Source of the DNA: Octopus sinensis
Taxonomy: Eukaryota
Direction: 5' to 3'
Length of the DNA: 64,000 nucleotides
Assembly: GCF_006345805.1 (NCBI RefSeq)
Contig: NC_043002.1
Span: 109,554,001 to 109,618,000 of the forward strand
Shown: positions 26,831 through 40,150 of the stretch, piece by piece
Numbering within the stretch: the first letter of the stretch is position 1
Layout: every line of letters begins with the position of its first letter
Translations under genes and position numbers: made by a program
The notes under the pieces: model-generated
Told to the model about the DNA's origin: nothing
Database searches by the model: none
What the model saw: only the letters and a program-made list of their open reading frames with translations

Positions 26831-27382
26831 AAAACATTGTATATTATACGATACTGAAATAATTTATTCTCAAACGCATGATAATGCTAATACAATAGCA
26901 TGTACAGGATAAACTATCCATATATTGCAGAAAAATTCGTTACCGGCCAGCCATGAGACTCGATCTCACATCCCTGTGATTACGCGTCAAGTGCTTTACC
27001 TTTAAGCTAAACTGCCCAGTAACGAATCGTTCTGCAATTCTAGGATTTATAAATTTAGCTTTATAAGACGCTAACGTTAAATTGCATATTATATTTATAA
27101 AGAAATATCCACTTTTAAAGCAACATGAACACGTCAATAACTTAATTTGCCATTACTATCATTACATTCAAGAATGAGTAAATTGCCTATTTAAATGAAG
27201 TGTATTATATAATTGCCAGTAGGGTATTGATAAATGGAATAATACATACAACTCACTTATTATTGTCATATAATAAACAAACAGAAGTTCGTGTATGAAA
27301 TCGATCGTTTTTCTACTTCAGTTTTTACATATCTTTCTCTTATAAAATACACAAATACAGGAGGAGTAAACTATATATAAAA

Positions 27383-27776
27383 CTAGCAGTATCGCCCGGC
27401 GTTGCTCGGGTTTGTAAGGGAGATAGCTATATAAGCATTTTTAGAGATGTAAAGTATAATAGCCATCTCAATATGGCTAACCACAAAGGGGGGGTGTTAC
27501 TGTAGCTTTTTACGTTCTGAGATTTAATAATAAATTTTTAGAGAGCTACTTCCCTTATATATGCCAAAAATGCATTAAAGTGGGAAAAATTGATGGTAAA
27601 TTTTTAAAAAATCGTAGACTCATCGTAGATGCGCGCTAATACCCAGAAAGGCTCGATATGAATCACGACTATAAGGTACCCGGTTTTGGTTAAACTGCAC
27701 CGCAAAATGTGGGAGTAGTTAGGAATCTAAATCGTAGGAGACAGACAGCACATAACCTCACTTTTATATATAAAGA
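27383..27776 (-). mobile_element. Non-autonomous Helitron (same family as 23586-23986)
   Basis: Reverse complement with intact TC/hairpin/CTAG ends. Confidence 0.85.
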
Positions 27777-28354
27777 TAATACTTTGACTGTGGCTCCTGC
27801 GAAAGAGTAAAAGTAATTACCCGATCAACGACGAGTATTACTGTTAGTGTGTGTGTATGTGTGTATGTATGTATAAGAAAAGAAACGTAAAAGTCACAGA
27901 AAGTTTGTATAATAAAGTTTATGGTGATATTAGGATCATATTACATCATTACATCATTACAAATTAAATAAGTACCGGTTTCACGATCAAACGATTGTCG
28001 ACTTATATAGAGAAAACTTTTTTGCTGTCAATAGGACGCCATCTTTGAAAAAAGTGGACAGAGATGAAGCAATATATCAAGGAGAGTAACTCTTATTTTT
28101 TCATGAAGTTTTTCAGTGTTTTTGGCAAGTATACAGTTACAGGAGTCATTTCATTTTATACACAGTTAATTATATTACTGTGCTAGGTTTTAAAGATTAA
28201 GCAGTAATGTGTGAATGAGTGTATATGCATGTATTTTATGCTCTAACATCTCATTTTCTCTCTGGTAAAATATATATGTATGTATGTTGATTCGCTAGCC
28301 TCTGCACGCATTTTTTTTCTCTCCTTGTTTCTTTCCGTGTTTCTTTTCTGTGTA

Positions 28355-28392
28355 TCTTTCTGTTGAAGAGCGTAGGCTCGAAACGTAAAAGA
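28355..28392 (+). ncRNA. Hammerhead-like motif, core variant
   Basis: TCTTT-CTGTTGA-A-GAGC(GTAG)GCTC-GAAA-CG-TA-AAAGA; the A6 position is T. Confidence 0.45.
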
Positions 28393-28505
28393 CTTGTTTT
28401 ATTTATATTCCTGAGCGCCATACTAATACAATTGTTTGTTTGTATTCCACCTGCCTTCGTCTTTTGTTTATTTTCATAAAGCTTCCCGTTATATATATAT
28501 ATATA

Positions 28506-29229
28506 CTAGCTTAAGGTGACCCGCTCTACGTGCGGGTAAGAGTGTGGTTGTTACTTTCTGTTTTTTATCACCACATTCTCCCTCTTTGTTTCTCTCTCCT
28601 TTCTCTCTCACTTTCCCACTCTCTAACTCTTCCTTTCTCTCGGACTCTCCCTCGCTTTCTCTTACTCTCTATCTTTCCCTATCTATCTCTCTCCCATTTA
28701 TAAACAACAAAAGATCTTGAGTAAGTTGAGAAAGAAAATATTTTGAAAGGTCAATCATAAATATCAGACAGTGACAACTGAAAGGTCTGCTTCAAGGCAG
28801 ACAGCAAAACACTAACATTTAAAAGGGACAGACGAACTTGCGAGCTGAATAAAAATAAAAAAATATTGGAAACCAAAGTTTGAAGGGATAGAATCTGAGG
28901 ATAGTAGAGTCACCATAGCTGGTATTTCTTAAGGACGGACAGCAACGTATTGACAGTTTAACGGCTGGCGTAAAATTTTGAACTTGATATAAAAGAAAAT
29001 TCCTAAACACCAAAGTGTAGACTCACCATGGCAAGCATTCAAAACTTCTTCATCATGAACGGTAACACATTGAAGATTTAAAGGCTGGTGCAAATTTTTT
29101 AGCTTGATATAACAGAGAATTCCTAAACACCCGCTCCTGTAAATTTTAATCCCCTTCCAGTCCCATTTTCACATTTTGGTTAGTATAACCCGATTTGATT
29201 CGGGTTTACTCGGGCCACATTTTATAAGA
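28506..29229 (-). mobile_element. Non-autonomous Helitron (second family)
   Basis: A|TC start; CCCGC-N7-GCGGG hairpin 10 nt before CTAG|T; internal ~110-bp tandem duplication at 28950-29135. Confidence 0.8.
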
Positions 29230-29353
29230 TGAGGAATTTTGTCCTAGAGGTCACGCCTTTCATTTGAGGAAAAAAATAGTTGCCATGCAAACTCGCCAGC
29301 ACTTTTAACATAGGTGTGCATATTTTCAGCTCAACCGACCACATAATGCACAC

Positions 29354-29401
<48 letters not shown>

Positions 29402-29407
29402 ACACGC

Positions 29408-29445
<38 letters not shown>

Positions 29446-29577
29446 GTGTGTGTGTGTGTGTACGACACACACACACATATATAAATTAACCCAATAAATA
29501 TCTGATTCATAATATTTGTTCTCATGATTGTGTGGTGCTGGTGGCGATAATAATTCTCTCTATGAATGCAGAAAGAC

Positions 29578-30090
<513 letters not shown>

Positions 30091-30229
30091 TACATATAAG
30101 TATGAACAGTAATTTATACCAAAAAATTGTGCTTGGCATACATATATAACTTTTTAGTATGTGTTGAAATTCCATAATTGAATAAAATAAATCAGTCCAT
30201 TAGAAAATCAACGACAAAGCAATTGCCAA

Positions 30230-30720
30230 GATATGAATACTTTCTTCATAAGAGTCATGTCGGACCTCTCATGACTCAGGTTTGAATATGAATGGGTAAT
30301 TAAGGGACAATTAGTAATACAATTAAAATGAATTAGTGTTAAGTTCAGGTTTGTATTTTTGGATGAAATATATCTCTTTATTGAGTCGGGCTTGTGTAGA
30401 AGTCCAGTCAGCAAATTTATATAGAGGGAAAATAGTGAATTTAGGTTGTATTTGTTTCGTATATACGTCGTTATGTTCACTGAGATAAATTTGGCGGTAT
30501 TGTGGCGAGGCTATCTGTTGACGATGCACCGTACAACGTTGACGGATAGAATTCCCCGTGCTACCGATATTGTCTTTCTGACAGCCCGAGCATCTGATTA
30601 CTATTGTTGGCCAACAGTAAATTCGTTTCGGCATCTAGGGTTCCATTCCTGAACACAGAACAACCAAGATACAGAAAATTCACATCAGATCTGGTCCCTT
30701 AGATAAGTATCTCTTTGTCT
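30230..30720 (-). mobile_element. Penelope-like element GIY-YIG endonuclease remnant
   Basis: ORF 30323-30634: VIRCSGCQKD(N)IGSTG..RQR..VH......SEH...RL.KEIYFIQKYKPELN, a typical PLE GIY-YIG pattern. Confidence 0.8.
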
Positions 30721-30724
30721 ATTA

Positions 30725-30970
30725 TTCTTCTACTTGTTTCAGTCGTTTGACTGCGGTCATGCTGGGGCATCACCTTCAAGCGTTTTAGTCAAACGAATCA
30801 AACCTAGTACTTAAGCCTAGTGTTTATTATATCGGGCTCTTTTGCCGAACAGCTATGTTACGGGAACGTAAATACTCTAACACTAGTTATCCAAGCAGTG
30901 ATGTGGGACAAACACACACACACACATACAAACGCACACACACACACACACACACACACATACGCACGCA

Positions 30971-31053
<83 letters not shown>

Positions 31054-31195
31054 ATACAACGGGCATCTTTCAGTTTCTGTCTACCAAATCCACTCAGGAA
31101 GCTTTGGACAGCCTGCGGCTATAGTAGAAGATGCCACGCAGTGGGACTGAACCCGAAAGCATGTGGTTGGGAAGCAAGCTTCTTACCACACACCT
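30725..31195 (-). mobile_element. SINE family B
   Basis: Diverged reverse match. Confidence 0.8.
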
Positions 31196-31202
31196 ACGCT
31201 AT

Positions 31203-31267
<65 letters not shown>

Positions 31268-32427
31268 CTTTCTGTTTATGTGTGTGTCAATGTGGGTGTA
31301 TGTCATTGGTTATGTGTGTATATTTATTTGCGTGTGTATGTGAGTTGTAAATCTACAAATATTTCTCTCTCCCGCTCTCTCTCTGTGTCTACGTGTTTCT
31401 TTCCTCTCTCTCTCTCTCTCTCTCTCCATCCCCTCTCTGTCCACGGGTTTTCTATCTGTGCGTATGTCTATCCCCTTCTATGTCTACATGTGTGTAAGTT
31501 ACTCTGTGCCTATGTGCATCTTTGTTCCTATCAATGTATAGCTGTCTGTGTAATTACGGTTCTCTCTCTCTCTCTCTCTTTACCAATATGTATATGTGAT
31601 TAAGGTGACTAAGCGTAATATAGGAGAAGGGTTAGGAGACGGGTTAGGCGCGAGCCATATCACAAAGATTATTGTCTACTTAAGAAGGAAGCAATCCTCC
31701 ACAGCCGCCGCCACCATTCCAATCATATGCTGCTATCAATGACAGTCTGTGATAAAACAGCTCAACAATTCTGTCAACCACAGCAATGCTGGTCATTCTA
31801 TTCTCTGCCTCTTAAGTGGAACATTTTCTAGAAACTTCTAATTTCGTTTTCTTTTCTAATCTTGGAAGTGGCAGAACAAAATGAAGGCAGTTTGTTGTGA
31901 TTGTAGGTATGTATGCAGGACCGGATTTAAACCGGGGAAGGTGGGGGTTACTTCAATTTCGGTGGGCCCCCTCATATACAAGAATTAAAATCTAGGAAAA
32001 ATTACCAAATTTAAACCTCAAAACCTATCTACTTCATGTTAATGAATTTGGTGAGTTAGCGGACAAAGTTAAAATAAATGACTGAAAATGTCGCTTTATA
32101 GATAGACTTTTCAAAATTCAAATTCCGTTTCCCACACATCCGCTCGTGGTGTTTGACCTTTCCTTCTTTACGAAAAGTACAATGAAAGAGGGAAAATGTG
32201 GGTAACAAGTTACAAGTGTTTCAGAATGTGGATTATAATAAAATGACAGAAAACTACGAAATATACCAACAAAAACCACTTTAGTGGTTGTTGCTGTTAT
32301 AAAGGCACGATGAGAGTGTCTGTGTGCATATCTGTGGGGACATGAACATTTAAAAGACATGGATTTAAAAAATTCTTCTTTTAAAATGGCTTCTCTTCAT
32401 TGTTTTGCAAGATGGTAAATGGATTGG

Positions 32428-32479
32428 ATGGGTGCTGATGAAGGAGCAAAAACTCCCGAAATATGGCAAATTCGCCCAT
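32428..32479 (+). ncRNA. Hammerhead-like motif
   Basis: ATGGGTG-CTGATGA-A-GGAG(CAAAAA)CTCC-C-GAAA-...-TT-CGCCCAT; stem III weak. Confidence 0.45.
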
Positions 32480-33059
32480 TACCCTTTTTTCATTTTCCAT
32501 CTCATTGTTTGTTAACGTCTGACGTCTCGGATATGAAACGTCCACTAACAAAAATCAGTGCTGGCTATAATTTCTGTAGAGATAACCTTAACAAGTGATT
32601 TAAGAGCACTGCTAACACAGCAGAACACGGTATTGACTTATAAAAACATTTTATATACTATATAGAATATCGTGGTTGCATAACGAAGTACCGTGTCCTT
32701 ACAAGTCATTATTAGTATTTCAGAAAATCTCCGTTCTCTTCGAGCATATAAAAGATAAATATAGGCGGGGCAAAATGAGTAAGAGAAGATAAGGTAAAAT
32801 TTGCCTCTTTATTTCTCCAGAGTTACATTTGAAAGAAGACTTTGAAAAAATCTCATGGAAAAATAGCACATGAGATGAAATTAACGAAACTTGACTACAT
32901 CTAAAAACTCATCATGAAATATTCTCTATAGCCTCTTCACCGTCTGCTGGAGTGGCCCTCATCTTGTTATATTTATCCACGATGAAGTTAAAGAGAAGAA
33001 ATTATTAAAATTAGTCATTACTCATTTTGCTCCAATTTAGACATTTTGTTTTGAAACTT

Positions 33060-33640
33060 GAAGCCAAGTGAAATCGTAACCGTGGCCTATGCCAGTGCAG
33101 CACAACCAGCCCATTTAAGAGTACCCTTCAATCATTGAGCAATAAACTGCGCTTGCGAAGACCTGTTGAAGTAAGTGAAATTGTTGTTGAGGCCGATGAC
33201 AGTACCGCTTGATTGGCACCCGTGTTGGTGGCATGTAAAAAGCACCATTCGAGCGTGGTCGATGACAATGCCGCCTGACTGGCACCCGTGCCCGTGACAC
33301 GTACAAAGCACTATTCGAGCGTCGCCAATGCCAGTGCCGCCTGACTGGTTCCATGCCGTTGGCACGTAAAAAGCACCATTCAAGCGTGGTCGATGTCAGT
33401 ACCGCCTGATTGGCCCTCGTGCCGGTGGCACGTAAAAAGCACCTACTACACTCTCGGAGTGGTTGGCGTTAGGAAGGGCATCCAACTGTAGAAACTTTGC
33501 CAGATAGGATCGGTGCCTGGTGCATCCGCTGGCTCTCCAGACCTCAGTCAAACCGTTCAACCCATGCCAGCATGGAAATCGGACGTTAACCGACGACGAA
33601 AATGGTGATGATGATGATGATGATGATGATGCCGATGGTT
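33060..33640 (+). mobile_element. SINE family C (internal tandem units, (GAT)n tail)
   Basis: GTTAGGAAGGGCATCC core and ...GGACGTTAA(C)GATGATG tail. Confidence 0.8.
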
Positions 33641-34058
33641 ATGAAATTAGATATTAGTGTGGGGAAAAAGCTGATGTAGAATCCAACAGAGAAAAGAATA
33701 TTGATGGCTAAACAGCAAAAATTATCCAAATATTTCATTAGCTACCCCAATTACAATCGGGGCGAAGCTGAGGAAAAATTTCTTGAAACAGAAGTACCTG
33801 TCACCTATTCCCCACACCTTCTTAACCTCAACATCAACTACATAAACTCTACTGACCAATTTTTACTCCCAAAGATGATGCAGTAGTACAAAATAGGAAA
33901 ACAATGTAACGGTTGAAAACTAGTGGAGAAAACATGCATATACACATACAGAAAACAGTATAGAGTAGAGTCGCATAAAAAAGGTGAAGATAGACTTACT
34001 TGGAAATGGATGCGTGGTGTTCAATTAAATAATAATAATAATGAATAATATATATATA

Positions 34059-34223
34059 GGCGCAGGAGTGGCTGTATGGTAAGTAGCTTGCTTACTAACC
34101 ACATAGTTCCGTGTTCAGTCCCACTGCGTGGCATCTTGGGCAAGTGTCTTCTGCTATAGCCTCGCGCCGACCAATGCCTTGTGAGTGGATTTGGTAGACG
34201 GAAACTGAAAGAAGCATGTCGTA

Positions 34224-34267
<44 letters not shown>

Positions 34268-34490
34268 GTGTGTGTGTATATGTTTGTGTGTCTGTGTTTG
34301 TCCCCCCACCATCGCTTGACAACCGATGCTGGTGTGTTTACGACCCCGTCACTTAGCGGTTCGGCAAAAAGAGACCATAGAATAAGTACTGGGCTTCAAG
34401 AATAAGTCCCGGGTCGATTTGCTCGACTAAAGGTGGTGCTCCAGCATGGCCGCAGTCAAATGACTGAAACAAGTAAAAGAGTAAAAGAGT
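34059..34490 (+). mobile_element. SINE family B
   Basis: Full-length match. Confidence 0.9.
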
Positions 34491-34493
34491 ATA

Positions 34494-35114
34494 ATGCATA
34501 TATGGGTACAGAATGTCACCAACTGTGTAAACAACGTGAAATACGTAGACAAACGAGTTAAATACATGAACAACGAGAGAAAAAATGGAAAACAGGGCGA
34601 GTAAACACAGAGAAACGACCCTTCATCAGTTGTCGGCTGTCTATCAACTCCTTATTTCACGCATTCAACGACAATAGGAGTCTTCAAAGACAGTTGCTCC
34701 CATAAATTCTAAAATAAAATTTTGGATTTATGGAAGGTCAAAGTTGAGAACAAAAACAGGACACTATTTTCCTCTCATTCAGGTCTAACGACTCCCCCCC
34801 CTCCATGTTTGTTTTCGTTCAGTTTCCTTGTGTGTCTTCACTGTCTTTTTTTTTTGTTCCCGACTTTGACCTTCCATAAATCCTAAATTTTATTTTAGAA
34901 TTTATGGGAGCAACTGTCTTTGAAGACTCATATTGTCGTTGAATGCTCGAAATGAGGAGTTGATAGACAACCGACAACTGATGAAGGGTCGTTTCTCTGT
35001 GTTTACTCGCCCTGTTTTCCATTTTTTTCTCTCGTTGTTCATGTATTTAACTCGTTTGTCTACGTATTTCACGTTGTTTACGCAGTTGGTGACGTCCTGT
35101 ACCCATATATGCAT
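34494..35114. repeat. Foldback with ~270-bp arms (34494-34763 and 34842-35114); third copy at 35461-35750
   Basis: Arms are reverse complements. Confidence 0.85.
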
Positions 35115-35861
35115 ATATATATTATTCATTATTATTATTTAATTGAACACCACGCATCCATTTCCAAGTAAGTTTATCTTAACCGTTTGATGCGACTCTC
35201 TTCTCTATACTGTTTTCTTCCTCCATCCTTCTCTAATTCCCTTTTACTCTCCCTCCCCCTTTCACTGTTTTCTATATATCTCTCTCTCACCCTTCTTTCT
35301 TTTTTTCTCTCACTCGTTGCTCACACGTGACCATCGTCCTTTCATTACGTTTCCTTTCATCACGTGACCATCTTTATCTGCACGGACATTCAAAGGACTG
35401 GGCGTTTTTCCTTCTCTTCTCTCTTTTCTCTTTTCAAAGAAAATATTTCTCCCAGCATTCACTATTTTCCTCTCGTTCTGGTTTAACGACCCTCCATGTT
35501 TGTTTTCGTTCGGTTTCCTTGTGTGTCTCCACTGTCCTGTTTTTGTTCCAAACTTTGACCCTCCATAAATCCAAAATTTTATTTTACAATTTATGGGAGC
35601 AACTGTCTTTGAAGACTCATATTGTCGTTGAATGCTGTGTTTACTCGTCCTGTTTTCCATTTGTTCTCTTGTTGTTCATGTATTTAACTCGTTTGTTTAC
35701 GTATTTCACGTTGTTTACACAGTTAGTGACGTCCTGTATCCATATATGCACACACATATATGTTGTGTTTGGGGATGGTCAGTTTGCCAGTTTACCCAAT
35801 GAAAACACACGCACTATATAACGAAAGAACTCTGGTCGAAATACAATTAATATAAACTATT

Positions 35862-36269
35862 GGGAGTGACTGTGTGGTAAGTAGCTTGTTTACCAACCAC
35901 ATGGTTCCGGGTTCAGTCCCACTGCGTGGCACCTTGGGCAAGTGTCTTCTACTATAGCCTCGGGCCGACCAAAGCCTTGTGAGTGGATTTGGTAGACGGA
36001 AACTGAAAAGAAGCCTGTCGTATATATGTATATATATATATGCATGTGTGTGTTTGTGTGTCTGTGTTTGTCCCCCTAGCATTGCTTGACAACCGATGCT
36101 GGTGTGTTTATGTCCCCGTCACTTAGCGGTTCGGCAAAAGAGACCGATAGAATAAGTACTGGGCTTACAAAAGAATAAGTCCCGGGGTCGAGTTGCTCGA
36201 TTAAAGGCGGTGCTCCAGCATGGCCGCAGTCAAATGACTGAAACAAGTAAAAGAGAAAAGAGTAAAAGA
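35862..36269 (+). mobile_element. SINE family B
   Basis: Full-length match. Confidence 0.9.
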
Positions 36270-36464
36270 GCAAAGCCGAAGCGAGTGAACATCAAATATA
36301 TAGTACGTGTGTTTTCATTGGCTAAACTGGCAACATGACCATCCTCAAATACAACAACATCTGTTTCAACAAACGAATTCACATCAAGAATCTTGCAAAA
36401 CGAATATATATATATAGGGAGAATTCACGAAAAAAACAAAAGACGAAGACAGGTGGTGTAGAAA

Positions 36465-36522
<58 letters not shown>

Positions 36523-36585
36523 CCTCGTGTGTACCGTTGGCGATTTTTTTCCTCTGTCTTCCCTTCTCGGGATCTTTCCTTCTAT

Positions 36586-36620
36586 GTTTCCGACAAAGAG
36601 CTCCGCTCGAAACGTTAAAC
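36586..36620 (+). ncRNA. Degenerate hammerhead-like motif
   Basis: GTTT-CCGACAA-A-GAGC(TCC)GCTC-GAAA-CG-TT-AAAC; core has U4C and G8A changes. Confidence 0.35.
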
Positions 36621-37899
36621 CCTCCTTCTTCCCTTCTTTCCTGAGCGTCCAATAATACTATATTTGTTCCACGTCCTCGCGTTGTTGTGTTTTTTGTGTT
36701 TTCTTGTGTTTTTTTGTGTTTATATATATATATAATATTATATTAAATTAGAGATAAAACCACTATTAGGGAAATCAAACAGTGAAAAACATAAGCCAAT
36801 ACATAAAATTAATTTAAAAATATAAAAGTTAAAAATTATAAAATTATTTAAATAATAAAAATTATAAATTTTAAATATATATATGCAAATATATATATAT
36901 ATATGTATGTATGTATATTTTTATATTTATATATTTTATTAATTAATTAATTAATTAATTTATTTATTTTTTAAAAATATTTTATTTTATAAATATCAAA
37001 AGTATTAAAAGTTTAATAAACGATAAAGAGTAAAACACTACGATCTTTTCATGGCTGTACCAATTCGAATAACAATAATTTAAATTCAATTAATAATTCG
37101 AGTTATGGTTACAGTCAATCTTCAGGTTAATTGAAATATTTAAAAAATAATCAGAAATATTTAAACAATATTTTAAAGATATAAATAATATAATAATTTT
37201 ACTTATAATAAACTCTATTATCAAACTAGAAACTTAAAACTTAACAATTATGATTATATCAAAATCGATTATAATGTTAAATATTAATTTTAATTTATAA
37301 GGTAAGAAACCCACCAATAATCTAATATCGGTAATAGTCTATATCCAATTACATAAATATTTTTTTAAAAAATTAAAAAAAGACTATTATATATATATTA
37401 TCAATGAAAATATATAAATGTATATAAATATTATAATTAAGATCTAAAATAATCTCTATAAATAAATATATATGCACATATAATAAAGACCTAATAAATT
37501 AATTTTTCATATTTAAAGATGAAATAGCTAATTTCAAAAATACAAACAAACAAACTTAAACGAACTTTCGGAAATCTTATTTAAAATACTTATAGAAATA
37601 ATTAATTCGTAGTTATATAGTATCGAATAAATACTATAAATACTATAAATAAATTTATCAATGGGAATAACTAGCGAATATCAATTTAAAAAGACAATAA
37701 CTAAGTTATGCTATTAAATTAGACATGGCCTGGACCAATCTTTGGTCGAAACATCTAAGTTTATCAAAGTTTATCTAATTTTAATTATAAGAAATTTAAA
37801 ACATATATATATATATATATATAGAAATTCGGGGTGAGTACTTGATAATTATAAGCACCTGTGTATACCGTTTGGTGGTGTAGGTGGTGGAGTAAATTG

Positions 37900-38254
37900 A
37901 TCAAAATAAAAACATGATGCGAAGGATTCAGCGGTACATATGTTTCGGGCCTTTATTAGACAGATTTATAACAATGCATAATGTATGTCTGTGGCCTTCT
38001 ACAGCCGCACACAACAGCTTCCACAAGGACATGTGTTACATCAAAAATTCTTGGTTAGGGATGCAAATCGTACGCGAATGGGAGGATTTGCATCCCTAAC
38101 CAAGAATTTTTGATGTAACACATGTCCTTGTGGAAGCTGTTGTGCGCGGCTGTAGAAGGCCACAGACATACATTATGCATTGTTATAAATCTGTCTAATA
38201 AAGGCCCGAAACATATGTACCGCTGAATCCTTCGCATCATGTTTTTATTTTGAT
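37900..38254. repeat. Near-perfect inverted repeat, 170-bp arms, 15-nt loop
   Basis: 37900-38069 vs 38085-38254; the ORF track gives the same 52-aa peptide start on both strands. Confidence 0.95.
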
Positions 38255-38255
38255 A

Positions 38256-38318
<63 letters not shown>

Positions 38319-38386
38319 CATATACATGCACACATATATGTGTGTGTATTTATGTTTGAATGTACATAAATGTATGTCTATACGTG

Positions 38387-38421
<35 letters not shown>

Positions 38422-38427
<6 letters not shown>

Positions 38428-38695
38428 AGGTTTGGAGATGATGTACAGGTATTATATATTAGAAGAAATGAGGTACCCAGAAGATCGGATGGTTTATATT
38501 TACAGATATTTATTTATATATTACATTTTTTTATATATATATCATATCACTTAGATCATTAGCGCTTTCTCCCATTCAAGTGGGGTTTTCAAATCAAATA
38601 TATAAATAAATATCTGTAAATATAAACCATCCGATCTTCTGATTACCTCATTTCTTCTAATATATAATACCTGTACATCATCTCCAAACCTTCCA

Positions 38696-38697
<2 letters not shown>
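38422..38697. repeat. Inverted repeat, ~100-bp arms
   Basis: 38422-38522 vs 38597-38697. Confidence 0.9.
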
Positions 38698-38779
<82 letters not shown>

Positions 38780-39199
38780 AATATAGCGACGTACGTACAC
38801 TTTATGAAGTGGTGTGTGTTTGCTTTCTCCGTTTTATTTTCCCTGTTGATGGAAGAATCTTCTTTTTTTACCAATTAAAACTTTAGTCTCTGCCACGTTT
38901 CTTCTGAAGCTTCAATCTTTGGCGTCGTTTCCACGACCGGAATTTCTGCTCTAAGTATTTCACAGATTTTGCAGTAAGAATCAGCTTGTTAGTATAAGAC
39001 GTTCACCCATGGGCAGCCGGTCATAAATGTCTTTGTAATAGCTTTTAAATACGATCAGGCTAACAACCGAATCTTAATGCACTCGTTACGAACTCTTACT
39101 TTACCGACTGCAATGTCTATGTGTGGTTTCATCTCACCTCATCTCTCTCTGCCGAGTTTACTTGGAGACCACCAGGCGACAGTGCTCAACAAATACGAC

Positions 39200-39374
39200 T
39201 CAGTCATTTGACTGTGGCCATGCTGGAGCACCGCCTTTAGTCGAGTAAATCGACCCCAGGACTTACTCTTTGTAAGCCTATAAGTCCATTTTGCCAAACC
39301 GCTAAGTTACGGGGACGTAAACACACCAGCATCGGTTGTCAAGCGATGTTGGGGGGACAAACACAAACACACGC

Positions 39375-39408
<34 letters not shown>

Positions 39409-39530
39409 TCGACGGGCTTCTTTCAGTTTCCGTCTACCAAATCCACTCACAAGGCTTTGGTCGGCCCGAGGCTATAGTAGAAGACACTTACCCAAGATGC
39501 CACGCAGTGGGACTGAATCCGGAACCCTGT
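39200..39530 (-). mobile_element. SINE family B (partial)
   Basis: Reverse match. Confidence 0.85.
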
Positions 39531-39672
39531 ACGCCATTTAGATAAAAGCTTCTCTCGCAGTTACCTTTCTATGAAGAGAGCTTCACAAACACAATGATCC
39601 GGCATAAATACAAATGACAGCTTCCTAAAGTTGATACTAAATACTCCGTTACTTTTTAAATTTGGTCTCTAT

Positions 39673-40118
39673 ACAGTTCTATATTTAAGAGATGAGGAAT
39701 TATGTACACTATTTACATTTGACGGATATTTCTCCTCATCTTGTTTGTTGAGTAACTTTTTGCTGATTAAAAGAAATATTAAAAAAAAAACAACATATGC
39801 ACGCTTGTATTGAGTAGATATTTCTCCTGTTTGCTCAACCACATTCGTTAATGTATATGCGTGTATATATTTACAAAGATGTGTGGGGATGTGCATATTG
39901 TATATGTGTACAACGTTTCGGCTGATATACCCTCCAGCCTTCATCAGGTGTCTTGGGGAAATTTCGAACCTGGGTTCTCATTCCGAATGTATTTTTCGAT
40001 GTTATTATTATTATTATTATTCAGGTCACTGCCTGGAATCGAACTCGGAATCTTGGGGTTAATAGCCCGCGCTTTTAACCACTACGCCATATGCCTGTGG
40101 GCATATGGCGGTTATTAT

Positions 40119-40150
<32 letters not shown>

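Noticed and set aside
31704-31718. Perfect Kozak string GCCGCCGCCACC
   Set aside because: Followed by ATT, not ATG, and the frame closes after 8 codons.
34960-35000. CTGATGA as a hammerhead core
   Set aside because: No GAAA or stem III in a compatible position.
40020-40098. tRNA gene (also 5360-5437 and other SINE heads)
   Set aside because: A/B boxes are present but acceptor stems are incomplete, anticodon loops differ between copies, and the heads are fused to repeat bodies.
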